From: Octopus vulgaris
Taxonomy: Eukaryota
Reading direction: 5' to 3'
DNA length: 64,000 nt
Assembly (NCBI GenBank): GCA_951406725.2
Contig: OX597819.1
Location: 116,746,001-116,810,000, forward strand
Shown in pieces: positions 1 to 12,180 of this stretch. Under the pieces are notes generated by a model that did not search any database, had not been told where the DNA came from, and worked only from the letters and a program-made list of their open reading frames with translations. The position numbers and the translations under genes are program-made. Numbering within the stretch: position 1 is the first letter of the stretch; every line of letters starts with the position of its first letter.

Positions 1-276
1 TACGATTGCTGAATGATGTTGAACATTTTTAAACCGATGGCACAAAAGTATAGTGGTAGGGCTTGAAAAGTAAAACAGCCACCAAAAATCCGGCCAAATA
101 TCGTTGTGTGTGACCACAAAGAAAACATATGATCTGTCCTGGAAATCAGCTGTGCCTGCAACACGAACGTAGTTAGAAAAATACGAGAGAAAGAATGAGT
201 TTGCTAATCCAGTATCCAAGATACACTTTCAGCTTGGAACCTATTATTAATGAAGCACCATGTTACATACATTTAA

Positions 277-509
277 GGCGACGAGCTGGCAGAAACGTTA
301 GCACGCCGGGCGAAATGCTTAGCGGTATTTCGTCTGCGTTACGTTGTGAGTTCAAATTCCGCCGAGGTCGACTTTGCCTTTCATCCTTTCAGGGTCGATA
401 AATTAAGTACCAGTTACGCACTGGGGTCGATGTAATCGACTTAATACCTATGTCTGTCCTTGTTTGTTCCCTCTGTGTTTAGCCCCTTGTGGGTAATAAA
501 GAAACAGGT
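277..509 (+). mobile_element. tRNA-headed SINE, family A (octopus OR-like), full length
   Basis: A-box-like TGGCAGAAACG, B-box GAGTTCAAATTCC, central GCCTTTCATCCTTTC.GGGTCGATAAATTAAGTACC, tail GTGGGTAATAAAGAAA; about 10 related copies in the window. Confidence 0.85.
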
Positions 510-677
510 TATATACCAACCCGTCGGGTGCAAACAATGGCTGAACTTGGAATCTTGGGGATCCTTAATTCATACGCTACAAATGATCATGATATCTGGG
601 ACTATAAATATGCACAAGACCTACTGAAGAACTTTTCTACTCTAGGCATAAGGCCCGACATTTTGATGGAGGGGGCC

Positions 678-794
678 GGTTGATTAGATCGACCCTGGTA
701 CGAAACTGGTACTTAATTTATCGACCCCCGAAAGGATGAAAGACAAAGTCGACCTAGGCGGAATTTGAACTCTGAAAATAAATGCAGACGAAAT
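678..794 (-). mobile_element. SINE family A, partial
   Basis: Reverse-complement match to the central part of 277-509. Confidence 0.7.
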
Positions 795-1033
795 ACCTAT
801 TTCTTCACTACCCACAACGAGCTAAACACAGAGGAGACAAACAAGGACAGACAAACGGATTAAGTCGATTAATTCAACCCCAGTGCATAACTGGTACTTC
901 ATTTTTCGACCCCGAAAAGATGAAAGGCAAAGTGGAGTCGACTTCGGCGGAATTTGAACTCAGAACGTAACGACAGTCGAAACACCACCAAGCATCTCAC
1001 CCGGCGTGCTAACGTTTCTGCCAACTCGCTGCC
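795..1033 (-). mobile_element. SINE family A, full length
   Basis: Reverse-complement match to 277-509 from head to tail. Confidence 0.85.
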
Positions 1034-1844
1034 TTGTCCTTCTGAAGATCTAAAATAATGACGGGTAAATCAAGATACCCTCCTTCACAACTTTGTTACA
1101 AAGTCGGTGACCATTTATTGAAAATTAAAAAGAGAAAGAAAAGACATAAATATAAATAACTATGACAACATTCAAGTCTATCATGGAGAAGGACGCAAAT
1201 GGGACATGTCCTCTTTAGAGGAGTAAATGTTGGAATAGCAGCGAAAGAACTAAGAAGAAGATAGGTAGGGCCAACTCAGGGTATAACAGGTAAAACTGCC
1301 AGAGTACTAAATACCTGCTCCTCCAGCTGCTAGTATTGAAAATTCACGTGATCTGATAGTTTCGAGAGCTTAGAAGACGCTTCTCCTCTGTCAACAATAT
1401 AAATACGAGTACTTTTATGCAGCACGAATCCATATCAAATGTCCTCTCAAAGTAAATAAATCAGTATAATCTGTTCTAACATAAATACCACAATAAGTTC
1501 GAGATAAAAACAATGATATTAGGCATGTACGTTTGAATGTATGGATGTATGTATATATGTATTTACGCACGTATGAATGTATATATGTATAGATGTATGT
1601 GTATATGTATGGATATATGTATGTGTGTCTGTAGTTAATTATGTATCAATGTACACACGAATGTATGAGTATGTGTAGGAATATATAAGACACAGAATCC
1701 TAGAAGCTGGCCTTATGAGCTTATGGCTCCGAAAGGATGCCTGCCGCATGCATTTATATGTGTGTAAGTTTGTGTTTGTGCGCGTGCGTGTTTGTGGACG
1801 TGTGTGTCTATATGTCTGTGTCTGCCTCTGAAGATGTTTCACAG

Positions 1845-2010
1845 CCAGTGTTGGTATGTTTACCTCTCTCTACATCAGTGATTCAGCAAAAGAGACCGAT
1901 ATAACATGTACCTGGCTGTGAAAACAATACAAACACAGGAATCGCTTCGCTTGACAAGGAGGTGCTCCAGCATGACCGCCGTCTAATATCACAAAAATAT
2001 GAGATAACGA
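1845..2010 (+). mobile_element. Diverged 3' part of SINE family B
   Basis: CAAAAGAGACCGAT and GGTGCTCCAGCATGACCGC motifs shared with family B. Confidence 0.55.
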
Positions 2011-2056
2011 TTCTTTACATAAACTCATACACAAGCACAAACACACACACACACAC

Positions 2057-2092
<36 letters not shown>

Positions 2093-2882
2093 CTGACATT
2101 CAAACAACATGGCCACATTCAAGGAACAGCACATAGAATTAGTGTTTCCGCACTGGTCCAACTATAATTACAAAATACGAACTCGAACGTATGCCTTGTA
2201 TGTCCTGTTTGTATATGTTTGTATATTTATGGTGTATTTCCTATGTATTCTTTCTGACCAACGTACGTACACACATACGCAAACACATATGATTTAATCA
2301 TTTGTGTGTGATGCACGAAAACGACTTAATGCTGTTTCGCATTGTATGCGCTACTCAATTTGAAGCCGCACATAACGACCTCTCAAACATCCGAGTAATT
2401 TTTTTGTTGGTGCCAAGTATATAATACCAAAAAGAAAAACAAAAGTGGGGGTGGGAGGGTGAAAATGCAGATTTGTCCCACTCGAATGTTATAAAATTGA
2501 TTATAGAAACTTTTAAGAATAACTTTTTCGAGTTAAATAAGTGGCTCATAGAATTTCTGTAGAATTTCTATCCGAAAGGAAGCTATCTGTAACAGCTTCT
2601 ACAACTTTACATCTATTAATGAAGTTAGTCATTTACTAGGGAACCCTTGACGGACTTAAGCGTGTGACAAAGTGGGTCTTTGTTCATTCTTGTTATACGT
2701 TAGATATCATAGAATAGCCATTATAGATATGCTATGGGTTTTTAAAGACATAATATGTATCGTAATTTCATTAATCCGAAGACGTCATTTATGTAGCAGA
2801 ATTTTGGTTACACAATTTTTATTTCTGACTACTTTTTTGTTACTTTATGTTTATTAATTTTGGAAAGGCTTATCAATAATTT

Positions 2883-3115
2883 CCTATTTCTTTACTACCC
2901 ACACGGGGCTAAACACAGAGAGGACAAACAAGGACAGATGAACGGATTAAGTCGATTACATCGACTCCAGTGCGTAACTGGTGCTTAATTTATCGACCCC
3001 GAAAGGATGAAAGGCAAAGTCGACCTCGGCGGAATTTGAACTCAGAACGTAACGGAAGACGAAATACGGGTACGCATTTCGCCCGGCGTCCTAACGTCTC
3101 TGCCAGCTCGCCGCC
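2883..3115 (-). mobile_element. SINE family A with 16-bp target-site duplication
   Basis: Full-length copy flanked by TTATCAATAATTTCCT at 2870-2885 and 3116-3131. Confidence 0.9.
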
Positions 3116-3141
3116 TTATCAATAATTTCCTTTTAAGATAA

Positions 3142-3623
3142 TGAATTGTACTACACTGAGAGATGTATAGCTGTCATTTATAATATGTTAAATTGCTTAA
3201 TATAAGAAGGAGCACTCTGTTGATAACGACGACGTGGGTCCCAGTTGATACGAACAAGGGAACATCTTGCTTGTGAAATTAACGTGCAAGTGGCTGAGCA
3301 CTCCACAGACACGTGTTCCTTATCCTCGTCCCCATGCAGATTCAGCGTGACGGAGAGTGTGAAAAGGCTGGCTCTTCGAAATACAAGTACCACTAAGTGG
3401 ACTGGAGCAACGTGAAATAAAGTGTCTTGCTCGCCGAAATCGAACCCACGACCTTACGATCCTGAGCCGAGTGTCCGAACCACTAAACCACGCACCCTCA
3501 CCTAATATAACTATCTCCTTTTTGTATCGGTTTTGTACTTTTAACTTTGTAAGCATTATCCCGAATATTTATTTTCGTATAGCTAAAAATTATAGCGGGT
3601 TAAAAATATATATTCGACCTCAA
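3142..3623. repeat. Local duplication, copy 1 (paired with 4459-4954)
   Basis: Near-identical sequence from TGAATTGTACTACAC to ATTCGACCTCAA, including non-SINE flanks on both sides. Confidence 0.9.
3210..3498 (-). mobile_element. tRNA-headed SINE, family D
   Basis: Minus strand: A-box TGGTTTAGTGG, B-box GGGTTCGATTTC, GAGCAAGACACTTTATTTCACGTTGCTCCAGTCCAC core; tail also present at 55890-55978. Confidence 0.75.
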
Positions 3624-4458
3624 GTGTTGACTACAAAGAATAGAATTAATTTCTGACAATCAAATAGCGAATTTATTTCAATATCTAATATGCTGTCAAT
3701 GTTCTAAGCTTTCTACAATATGTCGGCCGAACATTGAAGATTGCTAAGAACGACGCCAAATTCTATTGATGTGGGAAAAAAATTCTGACGTGCGACGTCA
3801 TTTATAAATTGTCTAATTGGAAGCGTTTAAAATAATCATTATCAAATTTGCTATTTCTGACATAATTTCATCCTGAGAAATGCGAACTTCTAAAGAGATT
3901 CGTCTTTGATTACCATCGGGAATACATTTAAAATATTTGTTAGTTTTATTATCAGAGCCATATGGAAACATTGTTATAGAAGTGTTAGTTGCTATGTGAG
4001 CACTTTTCAAATACTGTAGCGAATAAGGTATCACACTATTTGCATTCAATATGTATGTAGTGATGCAAATGTGCTTTAGTGGTTGAGGCTCCTTTCTGCA
4101 TTAATGTGTGACATCAGCTGAGTGAAATAGCTAAGATATCAAAAACAGTGATATCAAAAACAACTTCATGTGCGGCTGCATTATAGTTTACGACGGCGGC
4201 GATTATAACACAGGAGGATAATTTAATTTTGTACCTTCCTGCTTCTTAACACAGTTGTATTTATTTACTATACTAGCGCGGTGAAATTTAAGTTTCTTTC
4301 TTCTAGGGATGGAAAAGTTAACGTCTCTTAATCCAGATGGAGAAAAATGTAACAGTTGTAATCCTTGCAGTTTCTGACTGCTTAGAGAAAGGAAATAAAA
4401 CAAATTAGGTAACACCCTGTGTATTGTTTACAAATTCCCATGGAAATTACTGGGTATT

Positions 4459-4954
4459 TGAATTGTACTACACTGAGAGATGTATAGCTGTCATTTATAA
4501 TATGTTAAACTGCTTAATATAAGAATGAGCACTCTGTCGATAACGACGACGTGAGTCCCAGTTGATACGAACTAGGGAACACCTTGCTTGTGAAATTAAC
4601 ATGGAAGTGGCTGAGCACTCCACAGACACGTGTTCCTTATCCTCGTCCCCATGCAGATTCAGCGTGACAGAGTGTGAAAAGGCTGGCTCTTCGAAATACA
4701 AGTACCACTAATTTTCGCCAGCTGAGTGGACTGGAACAACGTGAAATAAAGTGTTTTGCTCGCCGAAATCGAACCCACGACCTTACGATCCTGAACAGAG
4801 TGCCCGAACCAGTAAACCACGCACCCTCACTTAATATAACTATCTCGTTTTTGTATCGGTTTTGTACTTTTAACTTTGTAAGCATTATCCCGAATATATT
4901 TATTTTCGTATAGCTAAAAATTATAGCGGGTTAAAAATATATATTCGACCTCAA
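4459..4954. repeat. Local duplication, copy 2, containing a family D SINE (about 4528-4828, minus)
   Basis: Aligns to 3142-3623; retains about 12 bp (ATTTTCGCCAGC region) missing from copy 1. Confidence 0.9.
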
Positions 4955-5223
4955 TAACTGAGTGCGAAGTGGAAATATTTAGCATTACAACCACCTGTTA
5001 CATGACATACCATATAACAAAATACATTCATCAACATATTCTTCAGCATTACAAAAGTGTGTACGCCATGAACAGGAATCTTATTGTAAATATATCTCGC
5101 TACAATGTAAATATACGAACGTTCTGTTATTCAGGAGTCATGTTCCTTTATTAGTCTATCTTAATGCTATTTTGTCTCGGACTATCTCTCCCTCTCCCCT
5201 ACGTTTGTGCCTATATACACATA

Positions 5224-5385
5224 GGCGCAGGAGTGGATGTATGGTAAGTAGCTTACTAACCAACCACATGGTTCCGGGTTCACTCCTACTGTGTGGCACC
5301 TTGGGCGAGTGTCTTCTACTATAGCTTCGGGCCGACCAACGCATTGCGAGTGGATTTAGTAGATGGAAACTGAAAGAAGACCGTC

Positions 5386-5432
<47 letters not shown>

Positions 5433-5640
5433 TGTGCGTATGAGTGTGTTTGTGTGTCCGTGTTTGTTACCCACCATGGCTTGACAACCGATGCTGGTGT
5501 GTTTATGTCACCGTAACTTTGCGGCTCGATAGAATAAGTACTAGGGTTATAAAGAATGAGTCCTCGGGTTGATTTGCTCCACTAAAGGCAGTGTTCCAGC
5601 ATGGCCGTAGTCAAATGGCTGACACAAGTAAAAGAATAAA
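5224..5640 (+). mobile_element. tRNA-headed SINE, family B, with internal (TA)n/(TG)n
   Basis: Head GGCGCAGGAGTGG..TGGTAAG, B-box GGGTTCACTCC, CCTTGGGC(A/G)AGTG, tail CCAGCATGGCCG.AGTCAAATG.CTGA.ACAAGTAAAAGA. Confidence 0.85.
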
Positions 5641-5667
5641 ATAATACACACACACACATATATATTT

Positions 5668-5783
5668 ATGTATGCATGCATGTATGTATGTATGTATGTA
5701 TGTATGTATGTATGTATGTATGTATGTATGTATGTATGTATGTATGTATGTATGTATGCATGTATGTATGTATGTATGTATGT
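5668..5783. repeat. (TATG)n microsatellite
   Basis: Direct inspection; one of dozens of (TA)n, (TATG)n, (GATA)n, (CA)n, (GA)n and (TAA)n tracts. Confidence 0.95.
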
Positions 5784-6761
5784 AGGCGCGTGTATGGATG
5801 TATGTATGCGTGTGTGTGATTATGTATTTATATAATATTGACAGTCCATTTTTTATTGACAATTTATTTAATTTAGAAAATGTTGGGTATATTTCGAATT
5901 TTTCGTTTCTTTTTTATATAAACACACATAGTACAATAACTACAACACTGGATAGATTAAAAGGGGGGAAATTAATTAATGGAATTTGCATGCTGTTCTA
6001 ATGATAAACTACATTGGTGAAAAAAGCAACACAGAATCTCTACTTCTAATCAGTAGAGTACATCAATTAGAAATGACATTTGCTGTATTGGTTTTAAGTC
6101 GAAGTAAAATAAACATGTGTTTCTCAGCTATTTTATCAAGTGCCAACAAAGATTGAACGAACTATTTACACATTCGAATAACGTACACGTTAGAAATAAA
6201 TTTAATTACTTTGATAAAGCAACGAAATAATTACAAATTTCCAAAGAAGCAAACGCAAAAATCATTAACGAATTTTCAGTTTTCGAATTAGTTTAAATTA
6301 TTTCCACAGAAATTTCGAAATAGTAATTTCAGGATGAAACAATAAAAAAAATAATAAACCTTATCTAAGACAAATTGTCTTCAAATAAAACGTCCGTTAA
6401 TGTTGTTGATATTTTTTTACAAAATGTTTCGTTAACTACGTTAATCATCCTATACATTAGCATATGAAATTGGGAGAATCCCTTGAGATATTAGTCTTTC
6501 ATATTGCGTGATTGTGTGTACAGGAAGAATACGTAGCCAAAATCGTTGTATGTATTTACGATAGCAGGACAGAGCTACTGTAAATTGTTGTGAACACCTC
6601 ACCTGTACAGTATATACCTCATCGATATTTTACTTCATACGAACGAAACAACAGTAACCCAAGGAATGCGGCAGGAATACAGAAAGCGATATAAATAATC
6701 GCTGTTAATATAAAATAATTGCGTGAGGAATTTGGGTGTTACGTCAACACAGATTAAATTG

Positions 6762-7330
6762 TATTGAGTTGTCTGGAAAGTTCGTGCCAATTTTTAAAGG
6801 AAAGAAAAAGGTCAATAATACTTGCCATTACATTTTTAATCAACCAAATATGAACCATTTTGTTGCACAATGCGTCTCCATCTTTCCTTTAACTTGAAAA
6901 TACCCTCTTCCCAGAATTGAGGTGGTTTCATAGTAAAGAATTCATCAAGGTATCTTTTTACGTCATCCAAGTAATTGAAAATTTTACCATTACGACTATT
7001 CTGCAGAGACCTGAATAAGTGGAAATCCGAAGGAGCAATACCTGGTGAATATGGAAATTGGGGTTACACATCCCAGCGGAGCTGCAGCATTTTTTGTCTG
7101 GTTCCCAAATCATCAGGTGCCAAAAATGAACTTTCTTATCTTCCATTTTAAAGGATTACAGAATTAAAACAGGTTATAGGAACAGAAACCTTCTTCCACG
7201 AAAAGACAGCTTAAACTATGCTCTAAATGGAGATGTAGTCAAATCCTATTTTATGGTCTCAACCATGTTCTAAATTAAGTCGAAATGTAAGATACTATAA
7301 ATCGTCACGAACGTTCTGGACAACCCAATA
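6762..7330 (-). mobile_element. Internally deleted mariner (MITE-like, about 570 bp), copy 1
   Basis: TA ends; TIRs TTGAGTTGTCTGGAAAGTTCGTGCCAATTT and AAATCGTCACGAACGTTCTGGACAACCCAA; transposase N-terminus MEDKKVHFWHLM fused to the decayed C-terminus. Confidence 0.9.
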
Positions 7331-7595
7331 TTTCGTTATAATAAAGTCTGCGTAATGATTTATGAATTTGTTAAGCATGAGTGATAGAAAATCATAAATC
7401 AAAAGTCCTTCTCGAGCCAAGTGTTGATAATGCAGTGGGTCACATATGTCATGTTCACGTGTTTTACATGCTTGTTGGATGAATTTTCTAATTACATAAT
7501 GTATTCAGTATTCTAAATAATTGTACTTTTCATGTGAAAAATACAAATACCTAATAAAAATTACTGTGGCCAGACCGAAAATTCCTCTGTTCTTA

Positions 7596-8164
7596 TATTG
7601 GGTTGTCCGGAAAGTTCGTGCCGATTTATAGTAGCTTACCTTTCGACTTGTTTTAGAACATGGTTGAGTCCATAAAATAGGATTTGACTACACCTCCCTT
7701 TAGAGCACATTTTAAGTAATCTTTTTGTGGAAGCAGGTTTATGTTCCTGTAACCTGTGATAATTCTGTAACCCTTTAAAATAAAAGATGAGAAAGTTAAT
7801 TTTCGGCACTTGATGCTTTGGGACCAGACAAAAATTGCTGCAGCTCGGTTGGGATGTGTTACCCAACCCTCCATATTCACCAGATATTGCTCCTTCGGAT
7901 TTCCACTTATTCAGGTCTCTGCAGATTAGTCGTAATGGTAAAATTTTCAATTACTTGGATGACGTAAAAAGATACCTTGATGAATTCTTTGCCATGAAAC
8001 CACCTCAATTCTGGTAAGTGGGTATTTTCAAGTTAAAAGAAAGATGGGGACGCATTGTGCAACAAAATGGTTCATATTTGGTTGATTAAAAATCTAATGG
8101 CAAGTATTTATTGACGTTCTCCTTTCTTTTAAAAATCAGTACGAACTCTCCGGTCAACCCAATA
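7596..8164 (+). mobile_element. Internally deleted mariner, copy 2, inverted relative to copy 1
   Basis: TIR TATTGGGTTGTCCGGAAAGTTCGTGCCGATTT; WDVLPNPPYSPDIAPSDFHLFRSLQ (mariner YSPDLAP motif); ends GIFKLKERWGRIVQQNGSYLVD. Confidence 0.92.
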
Positions 8165-9311
8165 TATACCTACACAAATATAGGTTAATAATGAGCAAAG
8201 ATGATGATAAAGATGAGACCAGGCTATAACATACGCATGCCGGTTATTTTCATAGTGTTATCTCTGTTTTGACAAATAATCTGTAAGTATGCCTACTGCG
8301 ATTTATTTCCCGTTTTCCCTATTCTACAATAAATAGACATGCTGTGTTGACATGATATATTTTAAAATCAGATATGTGGATAGTTGTAGAATAGTGTTGA
8401 GTGTTTACGTGTCGCAACTTTACACGTATTTCAGCCACCTTCATACGAAGATTATTTCAGTTTAAACTTTTATAAGCTTTCTGCGGACACATAATAAAGG
8501 ATTGTTATGCGTTCACATAGTAGTGTTCAATTGTGAACGGAAGATAGAAATACTGAAACCGTACCGTTTACTTTCAGTTTAAAAGAAATCGATGATATAT
8601 GCAGCGATTATCGCAATGATATTCAACACACAATACACGTTAGTTGACTTCACACACATGAATGCGCAGATATCTACAAGACTCGGCAATGACAGCAGCT
8701 GAGAGATAGCCATACACAAATCTTTAGAATAGGTCGAAAGAACAAGAAAGAAACTGAGAAAAGATAATTTGGAAGGCAGCGAAGGGGGCAAGGTTGGCTT
8801 GTGAGTTGTGGTTGTTCCTTTGTGGGCACAAAAATATTATGTGTACAAATTCATATACAAATGCAATATACCGCCACCGGCCTTCTTTCGAAGAAAGCTG
8901 AGCATGGAGTGAACAGAGAGATACTAGAGAGAGAAAGGCAGAGATAGATAGATAGATAGAGAGAGAGAGGGAAAGAGGGAGAGAGTAAAAGGAAGGGAAA
9001 GAGAGAAAAAGAGAGCGAGTATAAAATATCTCTACACTCGTTTCAATAAAACATCCACTAAAGTCACAGGAACAAACTGAGCACGTCGGTGCCCCAGCAT
9101 GCCCGAAATGTAATGGTAGAAGCAAGTAAAAGATAGAAGACGTCATACTTATGTCGGAAAAACTTTATTCTACACATGGTAATTGCTTTTTATATGTTTC
9201 CACCGTCGTGTAATATATGGATTGTAACACTTCACCACAATTCCGGTATTTAATCGACTCTGATATCGGATAATCATATACAGGATCAGATGGCATCACA
9301 ATTGAATAGAA

Positions 9312-9584
9312 CAGTGCTACTCAAAGTGGCGGTCCGCGGACCGGTGCTGATCCGCAAGCCATCAGCAGACGGTACACCGCGAGTTTTCAGGAAAGAAAGA
9401 AACGTTATAAAATGCTTACAAAATGCCTATGTAATATTGTATTATTTGCTAACTTTTATTATATTCATTATAAATATTGGTTCTGGTATAAATTAATATT
9501 ACTAAGACATATTACTCGTCCCTGGCACATTGGAAAAAAAAAAAAACTGCCGGTATGCCACACCATTTAGTTTGAGAAGCACTA
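9312..9584. mobile_element. hAT (Charlie-like) non-autonomous element
   Basis: TIRs CAGTGCTACTCAAA and TTTGAGAAGCACTA; 8-bp TSD GAATAGAA/GAATAGAG. Confidence 0.8.
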
Positions 9585-9729
9585 GAATAGAGTATAATGA
9601 AAGCAAGCAAAACAACAATCTTCTCTATAGACTCCATGTGCATTTCAACTTCCTTTCTTTAATTTATCTTCTCGTATGAAAAGATTTCAATTTCCTTGTT
9701 TTTTATATTTATTTAAAGATATATATAAC

Positions 9730-9904
9730 TGTGTGATAATAAGGTTGCTTTACTAACGCATGGCTCCAGTTTCAGTTCCACCGCGCGTCTCATTGGTTAA
9801 GTGTTTACTATTATGGCATCGGGCCGCCCAAAGCCTTGTGAGTGGATTTTTGTAGACGGAACTGAAAGAATCCCTTCGTATATATATTTATATATATATA
9901 TGTA

Positions 9905-9942
<38 letters not shown>

Positions 9943-10071
9943 CGTGTCTTTGTGTTTACAACTGCATCACCGCTTGACAACCGATGCTGTGTTTACGTCT
10001 CCATAAAATAGAACGTCGCAAAAATAGAACAATAGAATATGTACCAGCCTTAAAAAATAAGGCTGGTACAT
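9730..10071 (+). mobile_element. Diverged SINE family B, 3' truncated at a 14-bp foldback
   Basis: AAAGCCTTGTGAGTGGATTT and CTTGACAACCGATGCTG motifs; ends in ATGTACCAGCCTTA-AAAAA-TAAGGCTGGTACAT. Confidence 0.7.
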
Positions 10072-10181
10072 GGGCGCAGTATAATGCCTAAAACAAGTAG
10101 TAGATAACAGATATACATACATACATGTAAACATGGACACACACACACATATATATGTATGTATGCATGTATGTGTGTATG

Positions 10182-10220
<39 letters not shown>

Positions 10221-10547
10221 ATATATATCGTGATAGAGAGATAGATAGAAAGCCTAATATACATATATACGTATATCTGCATTTGTATATTTTACTTGTT
10301 TCAGTGATTGGGCTGCAGCCATGTTGGAGCGCAGCCGTGAACGGTTTTAATCGAAAAATATGACCACAGTATTTTTATTTTTAAATCCTGGTACTTGTTT
10401 CATCTGTCTTTATATGCTATGCTCAAATTCTGCAAAGTTCATATTTGCCTCTCATCCTTGCGGGGTTGAATGATGTGAGTACCGACTGAATACTGGTGTC
10501 GATATAATTGACATACATTCTCTCCTAAAAGTACTCTCCTGAAAAAG

Positions 10548-10607
<60 letters not shown>

Positions 10608-10964
10608 TCACTATAGTATTACATACCTAAAATATCCCATCGATCTAGTACCTATTACTGACATCTGAATGGACTGATTAGTGGACTACGGTCTCAGGCT
10701 GAAACACGTTGCATTGGTAGCTATTAGTGACGGTAATACGTATGAATATCATATAGATAGCATATATGAGAAGAAGCATTCGAGAAAGCCCGTGAAATAT
10801 TTCACTGACATTCGTAAAATGCAATAAAGTAATTCTTATATTGTTTATAGTTAACGGTGGGAATTGCTCCCTTCATCTATCATGCTCTGTAAGTAAATAA
10901 ATAATTCTAATAATAGTAACTGTAATAGTGGTTGCAGTTTTACTACGAATAGAGTTTTTTTTTT

Positions 10965-11372
10965 ACTCTTTTATACTCTTTTACTCTTTTTCTTGTTTCA
11001 GTCATTTGACTGCGGCCATGCTCGAGCACCGCCTTTTAATCGAGCAACTCGACCCCGGGACTTATTCTTTTGTAAGTCCAGTACTTAGTCTATCGGTTTC
11101 TTTTGCCGAACCGCTAAGTAACGGGGACATAAACACACCAGCATCGGTTGTCAAGCAATGCTAGGGGGACAAACACAGACACACACACGCATATATATAT
11201 ACATATATACGACGGGCTTCTTTCAGTTTCCGTCTACCAAATCCACTCACAAGGCTTTGGTCGGCCCGAAGCTATACTAGACGACGCTTGCCCAAGGTGC
11301 CACGCAATGGGACTAAACCCGGAACCATGTGGTTGGTAAACACACTACTTACCACACAGCCACTCCTGCGCC
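10965..11372 (-). mobile_element. SINE family B, full length
   Basis: Reverse complement of the 5224-5640 structure with (TAAAAGAG)n tail. Confidence 0.88.
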
Positions 11373-11979
11373 TGTTACATAAATATTACTTAAATATATT
11401 TTGTGTTTTCCCATAGCCAGTTTTACATTTGGTGACATGCGTTAAATTATATAGCTACAATTCATTGGTCTTTTAGGAGATAAGATGGAAAATATCATTG
11501 ATACTTGTTTGGAAAGATAAGAATTTCCAAGTAAGATAGAGTTGAAGTATTAACTGCATAAATAAAGTTATCGTAAATAAATTATGTTTTTATAAATTTA
11601 TAAAATAACAAGTCTGTGAATGTCAAACACCCAACAGTTTCAGCAAGGAATATCGAATGCATGTTTGGCCAATTTATGAGTGTTATATCGATATATCTTT
11701 CTGCTCACTCATTAATTCGCATGGAAAATTCCACGAACATATTTGAATTCAATATGAAGAAAGAAATCTCATAATTTTGAAAGGTTAAAACAAATCCCTT
11801 CCCTCCTCAGGATAAGGCACCTGCACAAACTTCTAAACTATATTATCAGCTAATTAATCATGCATAGGTTTTATGGTGAAATTCTCATCTTTAAAATATC
11901 GAAAATTGATCAAACTGTACATTGCATAATACACTTTGACAGTGAAACTAGTAAGGTATATATAAATATTGAATTCTAT

Positions 11980-12180
11980 ATATTTCTTTACTACCCACAA
12001 GGGGCTAAACATAGAGGGGACAAACAAGGACAGAAAAAGGGATTAAATCGATTACATCGACCCAGTGCGAAACTGGTATTTTATTTATCGACCCCGAGAG
12101 GACGAAAGGCAAAGTCGACCTCGGCGGAATTTGAACTCAGAACGTAACGACAGACGAAATACCGCTAAGTATTTCGCCTT
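11980..12180 (-). mobile_element. SINE family A, 5' truncated, with TSD
   Basis: Flanked by ATATTGAATT on both sides (about 11966 and 12181). Confidence 0.8.

Noticed and set aside
10670-10715. Hammerhead-like CTGATTA..GAC-TACG-GTC..GAAACACGT
   Set aside because: Core G8 is missing and there is no cleavage triplet or stem I
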